Assembly (NCBI GenBank): GCA_963841915.1
Contig: CAWJEN010000003.1
Location: forward strand, 1 to 64,000
Length of the DNA: 64,000 nt
Direction: 5' to 3'
Origin: an uncultured Planctomycetota bacterium
GTDB taxonomy: Bacteria; Planctomycetota; Phycisphaerae; Tepidisphaerales; Tepidisphaeraceae
Positions 50,156 through 59,465 of the stretch are shown here, piece after piece (the stretch's first letter is position 1; each line of letters begins with the position of its first letter). A program made the position numbers and the translations under genes. Under the pieces are notes generated by a model, which worked only from the letters and a program-made list of their open reading frames with translations, was not told the origin of the DNA and ran no database searches.

Positions 50156-51014
50156 GAGAACGAACCAGCGTAGAGCGACCGCCAATGCCTCAGCCGATAG
50201 GCTGGCGACGTTGGACCCGCTTCACGTCGAGATCGAGAAGGCACCGCTGCTGAGCATCGGCCTGCCGCAGACGCTTCGGGCGATGAAGGCGACGCTGCCG
50301 ATCAGAGGCAACCTGCCGCCGAACGGGTTGCGGATCGTGCATCTGAGCGATCTGCATCTGCGCAACCACGTCCCGCCAGCGCTGCCTTGGCTTGCGAAGC
50401 GACTGGCAGCTGATCCGCCGGACCTGATCCTGATCACCGGTGATTTTGTCGACGACAAGGTAACCTGTGACGCGACGCCGACGCTCGCCAAAGCCGCAAA
50501 CCTCCTGCGGCCGATGGCAACGCTTGGTCTGTTCGGCTCGATCGGCAACCACGACGGTGACCTCATCGCCGCCCGGCTCGAGGCAGCAGGCATTGTCCCG
50601 CTGCACGGCCGACGCGTGCGCGTGGAGAATCGTGGCTTCCCCGTCGAGCTTCTCGGTCTGCCGGGCACCACGCGGTACGAGTGGCCGGGCGTCAGCACGT
50701 TGTCGCGAAACCCGGCCGTGCCGCTGATCGTGCTGGGGCATTATCCCGACGAGGTTCGCCGCGTGCTGCCGCTGAGGCCGTCGCTCTACCTCGCCGGTCA
50801 CACCCACGGCGGCCAGATCGCGATGCCCAAGGTCGGCCCGCTGCTCACCCACGACGGCCTTCCCAAGCATCAAAGCAGCGGCATCCATCGCTTCGACGAC
50901 ACCTGGCTGAGCGTCTCCCGCGGCATCGGGACGACGCGACTGCACGCCCGCTTCCTCTCGCCTGCCGAGTACGGCGACCTCACGCTCGTGGCCGCTGACG
51001 AAGCGCAGGCCTGA
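50145..51014 (+). CDS. Calcineurin-like metallophosphoesterase
   Basis: LSDLH, TGDFVD, GNHD, AGHTHGGQ, SRGIG; true start probably downstream of the valS start. Confidence 0.9.
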   Translation: MSDMRTNQRRATANASADRLATLDPLHVEIEKAPLLSIGLPQTLRAMKATLPIRGNLPPNGLRIVHLSDLHLRNHVPPALPWLAKRLAADPPDLILITGDFVDDKVTCDATPTLAKAANLLRPMATLGLFGSIGNHDGDLIAARLEAAGIVPLHGRRVRVENRGFPVELLGLPGTTRYEWPGVSTLSRNPAVPLIVLGHYPDEVRRVLPLRPSLYLAGHTHGGQIAMPKVGPLLTHDGLPKHQSSGIHRFDDTWLSVSRGIGTTRLHARFLSPAEYGDLTLVAADEAQA

Positions 51015-51158
51015 TTGTGGGGCGACAACCTGGCACGTACTGCCTTGACACTTGAACAATCTGGCAACGTCCGCATAATCACGCGGCGGGACCTGCGACA
51101 GGAGGTCGCCGCCCATGTCTCGCAAATTTCTTCAGCACCTACTGCACGGAGGCAGACC

Positions 51159-52064
51159 ATGCCCTTAAACACCATTCTCACCCGCGCCGCCTCGATCGGC
51201 CTCGCCACCTTGCTCGGCTCTTCTCTCCTCGGTTGCGTCAGCCAGGACGACTACCGCGCGATGAAGCTCCAGCGCGACGACCTCGCCGCCGAACTCGCCG
51301 AGACGCAGCGTCAGGCCGAAGCCCAGCGTGCACTTGCCGCCGGTTATCGCGGCCAGATTGACCGCGTCGATAACGCCGTTGCCAACGAAGGCGCGATGCA
51401 GGCGAACTACGAGATGCAGATCGCCAGCCTCACCGGCGAGCGGGACGATCTGGCGTCCCGCTACGAAGAGCTTGTCGGCAAAATCGGCACCGGCCCGGCC
51501 TTGCCTGCCGCTTTGACGAGCGAGCTGTCGAGCTACGCCGCCGAGAACCCTGACTTGATCGAATTTGATGCCGATCGTGGCATCGTCAAGTTCAAGAGCG
51601 ACGTGACGTTCAAGAGCGGCGATGCCGAGCTGGTCGCCGACGCTAAGCAGGCGATCGACCGCTTCGCCACCATCCTCAACTCGCCCGTCGCCCGCAGCTA
51701 CCAGCTTCGCATTGAAGGCCACACCGACAACGTCAAGGGCTTCAGCGCCAACACGATCGCCAAGGGCCACAAGGACAACTGGTATCTTTCGAGCCACCGC
51801 GCGATCAGCGTCGCGCAGGGCCTGATGGGCCAAGGCATCGACGCCGGCCGGATCGGCGTCCTCGGCTACGCCGACCAGCAGCCCGCCGCCAGCAACGCCT
51901 CCGCCGCCGGCCGCGCCCAGAACCGTCGCGTCGAGGTCCTGATCCTCCCGCAGACCGTCGCCAAGGGTGGCCAGGCTTCACCCGAGCCCGACGCCATGCC
52001 CGCCGCTGCTGTCGAGAACGACATGGAGACGGACCGCATGGACGACAGCGACTCGATGAAGTAG
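51159..52064 (+). CDS. OmpA/MotB-domain lipoprotein with coiled coil
   Basis: GGAGG RBS; lipobox LLGC; IEGHTD, NWYLSSHRA, GYAD..P, NRRVE. Confidence 0.9.
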   Translation: MPLNTILTRAASIGLATLLGSSLLGCVSQDDYRAMKLQRDDLAAELAETQRQAEAQRALAAGYRGQIDRVDNAVANEGAMQANYEMQIASLTGERDDLASRYEELVGKIGTGPALPAALTSELSSYAAENPDLIEFDADRGIVKFKSDVTFKSGDAELVADAKQAIDRFATILNSPVARSYQLRIEGHTDNVKGFSANTIAKGHKDNWYLSSHRAISVAQGLMGQGIDAGRIGVLGYADQQPAASNASAAGRAQNRRVEVLILPQTVAKGGQASPEPDAMPAAAVENDMETDRMDDSDSMK

Positions 52065-52084
52065 CCGCTTCTCATCCAGCAACA

Positions 52085-52117
52085 CAAGAGGCCCGACGGC
52101 TGCCGTCGGGCCTCTTG
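52085..52117. terminator. Hairpin after the OmpA/MotB gene
   Basis: caagaggcccgacggc-t-gccgtcgggcctcttg perfect inverted repeat between convergent genes. Confidence 0.7.
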
Positions 52118-52157
52118 CATGTCCATGAAGTCGCGATCCTCGACAAGCGTTATCATG

Positions 52158-52197
52158 ACGAACAAGCACCCGCACGTTGGTGCGGGTGCTTGTTCGT
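52158..52197. terminator. Second hairpin between the convergent genes
   Basis: acgaacaagcacccgcac-gttg-gtgcgggtgcttgttcgt 18-bp stem. Confidence 0.7.
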
Positions 52198-52217
52198 TGT
52201 CGTGTTGGCTGTGGTCG

Positions 52218-53054
52218 CTACCGCCTGCGACGCAGGAGTAGGCCGCCGAACGCGAGGGCCGCTGCGGAGGTGGGTTCGGGTACGACGCTGAAGTCGTAGG
52301 TGACGGTGATGTCACCCTGGTGACGCAGGTTGTTGTACTCGAGGAAGACGCCATAGTACGGGTCTTCGAAGAAACCGAAGTTGCCGGGTGGCGGGTTGTT
52401 GGGGTCGACGTCGGGGAAGTCGGGCTGCGTGTTGTAACCGCCGAACAGCTCGACGAGGCCGCCGAACACGGTGGTCAACGAGCCTTCGCCGGTGAGCGTT
52501 TCGATGAAGCTCAGCTCGATCGGCTCGCCATCGGAGGCGTAGGACGATGAGAAGGTGAAGAGACCTGAGTCAAAGCTTGTGGAAAAGCTGTCGGGGCCGG
52601 TGCCGTTGAAGCCGTCGCTGGGGGCAAAGCCGGGGCTGTAGACATCGCCGGCGGCGCCTGGCCCGAGGAAGGGCGGGCCGCTACCACCGTCATCGTCATC
52701 ATCGTCGTCCCCGCCGCCGTCATCGACGGTGCCGAGCTGGTGAATCGAGCGATAGAGGATGTCGATGAAGAAATCACCCTCGGGAATGGCCACAGGTGAG
52801 TTCTGCTCGAGCAGGACGTCGAAGGTGACCCGCTGGTCGTAGGTGAGCGTCACGCCGTCAAGCGTGCGGGTGCCGTTCATCGTGTCGAACAGCTCGATCT
52901 CCGGAAATATCGGAGCTTGATTGATGAAGAAGTCGAAGGGAATGACCTGCGACTCAGAGTCGGCGGCGGCGGGCGCGACACAGGCGACGGCGGCGAGCAG
53001 AGCCGCGGCCGACGGTGCGACGCGGCGGAGCGAGACGGACGAATAAAGCGGCAT
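52218..53054 (-). CDS. PEP-CTERM exoprotein (choice-of-anchor E-like), very acidic
   Basis: AGGAG RBS, signal peptide, FDT..GT.TL..VTL, poly-Asp tract, ITVTYDF, VPEPT-TM-RRRR. Confidence 0.85.
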   Translation of the reverse strand: MPLYSSVSLRRVAPSAAALLAAVACVAPAAADSESQVIPFDFFINQAPIFPEIELFDTMNGTRTLDGVTLTYDQRVTFDVLLEQNSPVAIPEGDFFIDILYRSIHQLGTVDDGGGDDDDDDDGGSGPPFLGPGAAGDVYSPGFAPSDGFNGTGPDSFSTSFDSGLFTFSSSYASDGEPIELSFIETLTGEGSLTTVFGGLVELFGGYNTQPDFPDVDPNNPPPGNFGFFEDPYYGVFLEYNNLRHQGDITVTYDFSVVPEPTSAAALAFGGLLLRRRR

Positions 53055-53159
53055 GTTGATTCTCCTGATGTTGCGTGTGGATCGGCCGAGTCGGCGGCCT
53101 TGGCGGGGTCGGTGTCGCAGCAACCTAGCAGGTCGGGCGACGACTGAAAGCGGATTCTG

Positions 53160-53179
53160 GAAAATCTCCAAAGATTTTC
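53160..53179. promoter_or_regulatory. AT-rich palindrome, candidate operator
   Basis: GAAAATCT-ccaa-AGATTTTC between divergent genes. Confidence 0.55.
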
Positions 53180-53221
53180 TGCACGGGTTGCGACTCAATG
53201 GCCTGCCGGTAGGATGAGGCC

Positions 53222-54451
53222 ATGTCCGTACGGGCCGAGACTTCGACCGCCGACTTCGTTCCCGCCGCCGAGCGGGCGATCAGGCGGTCGCAACGGGCGC
53301 TTCGCGCCGTAATGGACGACGCCGGCCTGGAAGACGCGCGGGCGGTCGACTTGGCCCGCACGCTCAAGCTGGACAAGACGCTGGCGTGGAAGGTGGCACG
53401 CTTCACCATCGATGCCGACCCGCAGGAGGCGTTTCGACATTTACCCGGTCGCGGCGGCATGGAGCTGGTCGTCACCGCCGCCAAAAAGCTCGGCATTGCG
53501 TCGGGTCGACTCGAAGAAGCCCGCAAAGCAGACCGTGACCTACGCGGCCTCGTTCGCCTGCACGCGGGTGATCGGCGGACATTCGAAGCCATGCTTGCCG
53601 GCGTCCGACCCGACGCGGCGGCGGAGCTCGAGGAGCGAAAGGCCTATTTCAAGTCGGGCTCAGCCATCTGGGGCGTACGGGCCCACGCCCAGGTGCTGAC
53701 GCTTGCCCTCAAGCCGGCCGACGACGCGCCCGACAAGCTTGACTGCATTTCGCTGTCCGGTTTCGTGCGTCTGGAACGACTGCGGTCGGACGTGCCCTGG
53801 GTGGTGCGGCGGCTTCGGACGCACGCCGATGACGGGACGGCGTACGAGCCCTTTGAACGGGTGCCGCTCGATGCGGCAGGGGCTGCGTCTGCGGGTTCGG
53901 GCGAGCGGCCGCTGGCACTGATGGCCGACTATTGCTCGCAGCCGCTTCCGACGATTCGCCAGCGCATGGCCGACAACGGCTGGCTGTACGACGAGATCGC
54001 GCCCGGCGACGTCGGTCGGCCCGGCGCGGTGACAGTGGTGTCCGGTGAGCGGTATCGGCACGCGCTGCCACGGCATCGTTCGGCAGACAACACTGAAGGG
54101 CGGTACGTGCTGACGGTGCGGACGCCTCTGGAGCGGGTGCAGCTTGATCTGCTGTTGCACCCGAGCCTGACGAACTTTCGCTGGCCCAGCGTGACGGTGA
54201 CGGGGAACCTGGAGGAACGGGCCAGCAGCGAGCGGGCACCCGGGCGTGAGTTGTTCCCGGTGCGACCGGCCGAGGCGGTGACGCCGGGGTCGGCGTCGTT
54301 CGATGCAAACCTGCTGGACTTGCGGCAATTGCTGCCCGACGCTTTCGAACGCGGCGGGTTCGGCGACGTGTCGAGCTATCGGGGCTTTCGGGCGACGGTC
54401 GAGTATCCGCCTTCGCCTTGCGAGGTGATGGTGACGTCGGAGCTTGCGTAA
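53222..54451 (+). CDS. Hypothetical protein, putative regulator with an N-terminal HTH-like segment
   Basis: AVDLARTLKLDKTLAWKV resembles a helix-turn-helix; AGGA-like RBS; divergent from the PEP-CTERM gene. Confidence 0.7.
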   Translation: MSVRAETSTADFVPAAERAIRRSQRALRAVMDDAGLEDARAVDLARTLKLDKTLAWKVARFTIDADPQEAFRHLPGRGGMELVVTAAKKLGIASGRLEEARKADRDLRGLVRLHAGDRRTFEAMLAGVRPDAAAELEERKAYFKSGSAIWGVRAHAQVLTLALKPADDAPDKLDCISLSGFVRLERLRSDVPWVVRRLRTHADDGTAYEPFERVPLDAAGAASAGSGERPLALMADYCSQPLPTIRQRMADNGWLYDEIAPGDVGRPGAVTVVSGERYRHALPRHRSADNTEGRYVLTVRTPLERVQLDLLLHPSLTNFRWPSVTVTGNLEERASSERAPGRELFPVRPAEAVTPGSASFDANLLDLRQLLPDAFERGGFGDVSSYRGFRATVEYPPSPCEVMVTSELA

Positions 54452-54599
54452 TGGCGGCCGCGGCGGCGCACCAGGATTTGGTGCGCACATTGACGTCGTG
54501 CGGACGACACAGTGTTGCCGTTTGTGGCACAGGGCATGTCTCGTGCTGTAGAAAATCCCGCTTGGCAGACGGACCGCCGACGCACAAGTGAGGGCAGAA

Positions 54600-54615
54600 T
54601 GTTCCACGTGGAACA
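54600..54615. promoter_or_regulatory. parS site 3
   Basis: TGTTCCACGTGGAACA. Confidence 0.88.
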
Positions 54616-54665
54616 ATCGCCGGCGGTGGAATGGTGGCTGAGAGCGTGTGGCGAGGGTCGGCCGA

Positions 54666-54681
54666 TGTTCCACGTGGAACA
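54666..54681. promoter_or_regulatory. parS site 4
   Basis: TGTTCCACGTGGAACA, 66 bp from site 3. Confidence 0.88.
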
Positions 54682-54728
54682 TTGGCCCCGCCACCGACGC
54701 CCAAACCCAAGGCGGCCGCCGCGGCGCA

Positions 54729-56570
54729 TCATTTTGGAGGCGTTTTGCCGTTCTTGATCGGGTCGGCGATTGTCGGCTCTGGCTCGGCGTCGAGCACGTC
54801 GGCCAGCTTGCCTTGGATGCGGTCGACGAGCTGTTTGGCCTCGGGTGGCAGGCTCTTCAGGAAGCCGTCGGCCGCGTTGCCCATTGTGGCGGCGGTCATG
54901 AAGCGGCTCGACATTTTGGCCATCGTCTCCGGGTCGCCGAAGATCTGCATGTTCGCCTTCGACAGCATTTGCCCCAGCGACGCTGCGGCGGCGATACGCA
55001 CGTCCTTGTCCGCGGCGATCCGCAGCTTGTCGATCTCAAAGTTGAGGGCCGCTTCCTCAAATTCGCTCTTGTTGGCCAGCTCCTGACGCTCGACCTCGAC
55101 GCGATCCCGCTCGACGTCGACACGCTCCCGCTCGATCTGCACGTCGACACTCTTGCGGGCACGATCACCCTCGGCCCGCTTCATCTCCGCGCTTGCATCG
55201 GCCTCTGCCAGACGCAGCTTGGCCGCCGCCTGCGCTTCGGCAGACTGCTTCTCGGCATCCGCCTTCTTGATCACCCGGAATGCGTCGACCTCGGCCTCGG
55301 TCTGCTCACGGATGCGGCTCTCATCGATAATCTGCTGGGCGGCGATGAGCTTCTGGGCGGCTTCGCGGTCGGCCTGGCTCTTGACCTCCACGGTCAGCAC
55401 GTCCTGCCGGGCCTGTTCCTTCTCGGCCTCGGCTTCGAGTGCACGCGCCTGCGCGGTGGCCCGTTCCTGCTCCTGCTCGGCAATGGCAGCTTCACGACGC
55501 CGCTGGGCGACCTCAATCGCCTGCTGCTTGGCCACCTCTGCCGTTTCCTGCTCCTGGAGCTTCTCGATGAGGGCAACCCGCTTGGCAACCTCCGCCTGCT
55601 CGACGGCGAGCGTGCGACGCACCTCCGCTTCCTCGATCTCCTGCTGACGCTCGATGTCGCGACGGTTGACGGCCTCTTCCTGGGCGATGCGGAACTCTTC
55701 CTGCTCACGCTTGCGACCCGCCTGCACGTTGGCGACCTTCGTCCGCTGGTCAGCCTCGAACTCTGCCTGATCCCGCTGCAGTTCGAGCACCTGCTTACGG
55801 GTGGCCACGTCCTTCATCGTGATCTCCTGCTCGCTCTGACGCTCGATCTCGTTCCGCTGGACCTTGGCCCGTTGGGTGATCTCTGCGATCTTGCGGAGGC
55901 CCTGGGCGTCGAAGACGTTGCGCTCCTGGAGCTGCGACGGGTCGGTCTGGTCGAGCGCACTAATTGTCACAGACTCGAGCGTCAGGCCGTTGCTGGCGAG
56001 GTCGTGCGTGACGATCGCCTGCACCTTGCCGGCGAATTCGTCGCGCTTGCTGTGCAATTCGACCAGTTCCTGCGTGGCTGCGACGGTGCGAAGGGCACTG
56101 ACGAGCTTTTCCTGAACAAGCTCGCTGACGCTGCCGGGCGTGATTGAACGTTCGCCGAGCGAGCGTGAAGCGTTGAGGATGTCGTCGCTGTTGGCCTGGA
56201 CCTTGATGTAGAACTCTGCCGACAGGTCGACGCGCAGGTTGTCCTTTGTGATGAGCGCGTGCGTGCCGCGCCGCTCGACGTTGAGGCGCATCGTCTCGAG
56301 GGAGACAGGGATGACCTGGTGGACGACGGGCAGGACGATGGTGCCGCCGTCCTTGACGACGCGAGCACCACCCATACCGGTGCGGACGAAGGCCATGTTG
56401 GCCGACGCTTTGTGGTAGAGCTTCGTGATGACGGCTGCGACGGCTGCGGCGATGAGCAGCAGCAGGCCCAGGCCGCTGAGGCCGATCTGCACCGTCGAGG
56501 CCATCTCAGGCAGGAACCACGGGCCGACCGCCAGGACGGCACCGACGATGAGCATTACAAAGAGAACCAT
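54729..56570 (-). CDS. Flotillin/SPFH family protein (YqiK-like)
   Basis: AFVRTGMGG..VV.DGG..VLPVVH, LITKD..RVD, NGL.LESV.I..LDQT, long AE-rich coiled coil. Confidence 0.92.
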   Translation of the reverse strand: MVLFVMLIVGAVLAVGPWFLPEMASTVQIGLSGLGLLLLIAAAVAAVITKLYHKASANMAFVRTGMGGARVVKDGGTIVLPVVHQVIPVSLETMRLNVERRGTHALITKDNLRVDLSAEFYIKVQANSDDILNASRSLGERSITPGSVSELVQEKLVSALRTVAATQELVELHSKRDEFAGKVQAIVTHDLASNGLTLESVTISALDQTDPSQLQERNVFDAQGLRKIAEITQRAKVQRNEIERQSEQEITMKDVATRKQVLELQRDQAEFEADQRTKVANVQAGRKREQEEFRIAQEEAVNRRDIERQQEIEEAEVRRTLAVEQAEVAKRVALIEKLQEQETAEVAKQQAIEVAQRRREAAIAEQEQERATAQARALEAEAEKEQARQDVLTVEVKSQADREAAQKLIAAQQIIDESRIREQTEAEVDAFRVIKKADAEKQSAEAQAAAKLRLAEADASAEMKRAEGDRARKSVDVQIERERVDVERDRVEVERQELANKSEFEEAALNFEIDKLRIAADKDVRIAAAASLGQMLSKANMQIFGDPETMAKMSSRFMTAATMGNAADGFLKSLPPEAKQLVDRIQGKLADVLDAEPEPTIADPIKNGKTPPK

Positions 56571-56604
56571 ATTGAGCTAGTAACAGGAGATGAGAAAAAA
56601 GAGG

Positions 56605-57303
56605 TTAGAAGTCGAGCTGTTTGACCAGGAATGAGCCGTCGCGGTAGTCGACGAGCACGACCTCGCTGCCGGCGGCGATGGGTTTGAGCGAGCGGGCGGC
56701 AACCTGATACCGGTCGCCACCGGCGTCGCTCACCGTTACCGTGCCGCTGTCGGCAGAGACGGCGAACACGACCGTCGCCCGACTACCGACGAGGGCGGCA
56801 ACCGGGCGGGCGCTCGACTCGTTGAGCGGCATATACCGGGCGATGAGCTGGCTGACGCCGCTCGTAATGGCAAAGGCGAGCACGAATGCAATTGGCAGGG
56901 CGACGAAGAAGCCGTTGACGCCCAGTGAATCTCGCAGAAGCTGGTTCGTCGCAAAGCCGACGAGGCCAAACGTCAGGCAAAGGACCATCAGCACGATCGA
57001 CAACGGCACGCGGCCGACACCAAGCCACGTCAGCGACGCGAGCAGGCCGTGGGCCTGGCCGACGTCGCTGTCGGCACCAATGTCAGGCCGGGCGACGGCG
57101 TGATCGGCGTCTGCATCAGCGTTCAGATCCCAATCTGCGTCGACATCAACGTCTACCTCGACGTCTGCATCGGCACCGACGTCGACATCAGCGTCGCCAA
57201 AGGTCCACCCGCTCAGGGCGTAGGCGAACAGGTACGCCAGCGCCAACCCGAGCGGCACGAGGAAGACGAGATTGTTCCACCCCAGCAGCCACGCGACGCT
57301 CAT
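56605..57303 (-). CDS. YqiJ/NfeD-like membrane protein
   Basis: DADVD linker, WLGVGRVPL, C-terminal OB-like V.D.GG..Y.V.AR; directly upstream of flotillin. Confidence 0.85.
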   Translation of the reverse strand: MSVAWLLGWNNLVFLVPLGLALAYLFAYALSGWTFGDADVDVGADADVEVDVDVDADWDLNADADADHAVARPDIGADSDVGQAHGLLASLTWLGVGRVPLSIVLMVLCLTFGLVGFATNQLLRDSLGVNGFFVALPIAFVLAFAITSGVSQLIARYMPLNESSARPVAALVGSRATVVFAVSADSGTVTVSDAGGDRYQVAARSLKPIAAGSEVVLVDYRDGSFLVKQLDF

Positions 57304-57424
57304 GTCAGGGTCCCCAGGGCGATCATGGACTGCAGGCTAACAGAGATGTCAGCTCGACGACAACAAGACCGCCGCACGATAAAGCTCGTGCGGCGGCGTT
57401 CTCCCTTCCGGAATCGACGCCGGC

Positions 57425-58135
57425 TTACCGCCTGAAGCGTCGCATCAGCATCGGCAGCGCGAGCAGGAACGCTGTCGACGCTATAGCCGGCTCTGGCACG
57501 AGTACGACGATGCTGCCGCTGCTCATGTCCGGGGCCGTCCCGCCACTGAGACTGGCAAATCCCGGCGAGCCCATGGCCTCCGGTGGCAGGCCGAGAACGT
57601 TGCTGTAGTCATCGATGATGAACTCCCACGTCTCACCGGGGCTGAAGACATGGTCGCTCAGCACGCTCTCCGACAGGAGCGGCCGGTTGAGACCGACGTT
57701 GTCGATCTTGAAGGCGAGTCCCGCAGCACCGCCGCCGGCACCACCTGTTAAGTCCACAGCACCGCCGTCGTCATTCGACAAGAACGTCTGCGGCCCGGCG
57801 CCTGGGTCAGATGTCGAGTCGCCGACGTAGAACAGGTCGGTGAAGGCCCGGTCGGTCAAATTGGTCATCCGCACGATAACATTGGGCACCTGTGGGTTGT
57901 CAGAGCCGGGACAGGCCGCCTGATCGGTCACGGTCGAGCCTGCGAAGATGAGCTCATCCGGGTAGAGGGTTTCAAAAATCGAGCCGGTGCCGAGCTCGTC
58001 GACGATGCCTTGCTGGCCGTGGTTGTCACAGTCGGGGCCGTCGACGTAGAAGCCTTCGCGGGGCAGGGCGAAGGCACATTGAGCGAACGTCAACCCGGCA
58101 GTGCCGGCGATGACAAAGTACATGTGACGGAGCAT
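57425..58135 (-). CDS. PEP-CTERM exoprotein
   Basis: Signal peptide; C-terminal VPEPA-TM-RRFRR. Confidence 0.85.
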   Translation of the reverse strand: MLRHMYFVIAGTAGLTFAQCAFALPREGFYVDGPDCDNHGQQGIVDELGTGSIFETLYPDELIFAGSTVTDQAACPGSDNPQVPNVIVRMTNLTDRAFTDLFYVGDSTSDPGAGPQTFLSNDDGGAVDLTGGAGGGAAGLAFKIDNVGLNRPLLSESVLSDHVFSPGETWEFIIDDYSNVLGLPPEAMGSPGFASLSGGTAPDMSSGSIVVLVPEPAIASTAFLLALPMLMRRFRR

Positions 58136-58345
58136 GATGATTCTCTCTCGCCCGCATCGGAAGGACGATGGAGCGACAAAACGCAGTGACCTGTGCCCGC
58201 ATCACCGAGTGACGTGCGAGCGGGAAGATCCGACGCCGACGGCCACACGGCCAAGGGCGCTACAGCGGGAACGACACAGCGGTACGTCGACAGCAACAAC
58301 AGCCTGTCACGTTGCAAATTACCATCATTCGACAACGCGTCAATC

Positions 58346-59254
58346 CTATTGCGCCGTGTTGTTGTCTCCACCCGTGAGCAGGTCTGCCCATGCCCGCATC
58401 AGGCTCTCCGTGATCGTGCCGGGCGTCCCGTCGGCAATTTGTTCTTGCTCCAACTTTGTTACCGGCAGCACGCCCATCGCACTGTTCGTGACAAAGACCT
58501 CGTCGGCGGCGAGCAGCCGCTTGACGTTGATCGGCAGCCGCTGCACCTTTCGCTCACGCAGCACCCAACCCCTGACCGTGCCCGGCAGCACGCACGACCG
58601 CGGGTAAGGCGTCGACCGCTTCACCGCCTCATCCCTTAAGTCATCATTTGTCGGCGGCGTCACGATCATCCCAGCCTCGACGATGTAGACATTGCACACG
58701 CTGCCGCACTGCAGGAAGTTGTGGACGTCGAACCAGAGCGATTCGCCCGCACCACGCCTGGCCGCCTCGCGAAGGGCGGCGAATCGGCTGAAGTAGTCGA
58801 GCGTCTTGTGCCCTGACTGGATGTCGTACGGGTTGAGCTTGTGCTCGCTGTTGAGCACGGCTGTCATGCCCTTCTCCTGATACTCGGGCGGATAGATCGT
58901 CATGTCGCCCGCCGTCAGGAGCATTGTCGGGCGGTGAATCTCGCCGTGGAGCGGGTCTCGTTCGGTTCTGCCGCGGGTGACGGTGAGACGCATGCGGGCG
59001 TTGTGTAAGCCGTTGCGGGCGAGCAGGCCGCCACAGGCGATTGCAAGGTCTTTGTCGCTGACGGTGAGCGGCACGTGCAACGCCCCGCAAGAGTTGCGCA
59101 GCCGGGCCAGGTGGTCGTCGAGCATTAACACGCGTCCGCCGACGGCTCGCATGGTGGTAAAGACGCCCGCCCCGTGCAGGAAACCGCCGTCGCGAGGGTC
59201 GATGCGGGCTTCGTCTTCGGAAACGAAGGTGCCATTGAGCCAGACGTCTGCCAT
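58346..59254 (-). CDS. Aminotransferase class IV (IlvE/PabC-like)
   Basis: GFLHGAGVFTTMR, HLARL..S, RLTVTRG, HKTLDY, VLPGTVR, EVFVTNS..GVLPV. Confidence 0.9.
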   Translation of the reverse strand: MADVWLNGTFVSEDEARIDPRDGGFLHGAGVFTTMRAVGGRVLMLDDHLARLRNSCGALHVPLTVSDKDLAIACGGLLARNGLHNARMRLTVTRGRTERDPLHGEIHRPTMLLTAGDMTIYPPEYQEKGMTAVLNSEHKLNPYDIQSGHKTLDYFSRFAALREAARRGAGESLWFDVHNFLQCGSVCNVYIVEAGMIVTPPTNDDLRDEAVKRSTPYPRSCVLPGTVRGWVLRERKVQRLPINVKRLLAADEVFVTNSAMGVLPVTKLEQEQIADGTPGTITESLMRAWADLLTGGDNNTAQ

Positions 59255-59465
59255 GCCGCACCGTACGGGGACCGCAGGTAAAGGCAGATCGCGTGGCAGC
59301 GACAACTCCACGTCGTTGCGGCATCCTGCCGCACTGCCTGGGGCGCAGGACTGGAAGTCTCCGCGGCAAAATGCACTGACCCGCCCGAGCCGATACGGGG
59401 AATCGAACGGGGAACATCTTCACATGCCGGATCGCCGCGTGCTTCGCTCCTACCCTCGGCCGCAC

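Noticed and set aside
51045..51079. Sigma-70 promoter (TTGACA ... CATAAT) upstream of the OmpA/MotB gene
   Set aside because: TTGACA-to-CATAAT spacing is 23 bp; the alternative TTGAAC-16-CATAAT is plausible but too weak to call
54648..56147. Long antisense and alternate-frame ORFs (also 42433-43746, 46073-47419, 48902-50173, 59991-61292 and many others)
   Set aside because: Shadows of GC-rich genes on the opposite strand or in another frame, with no motifs
57100..57200. DADVDV low-complexity repeat
   Set aside because: Ordinary acidic linker of YqiJ/NfeD-like proteins
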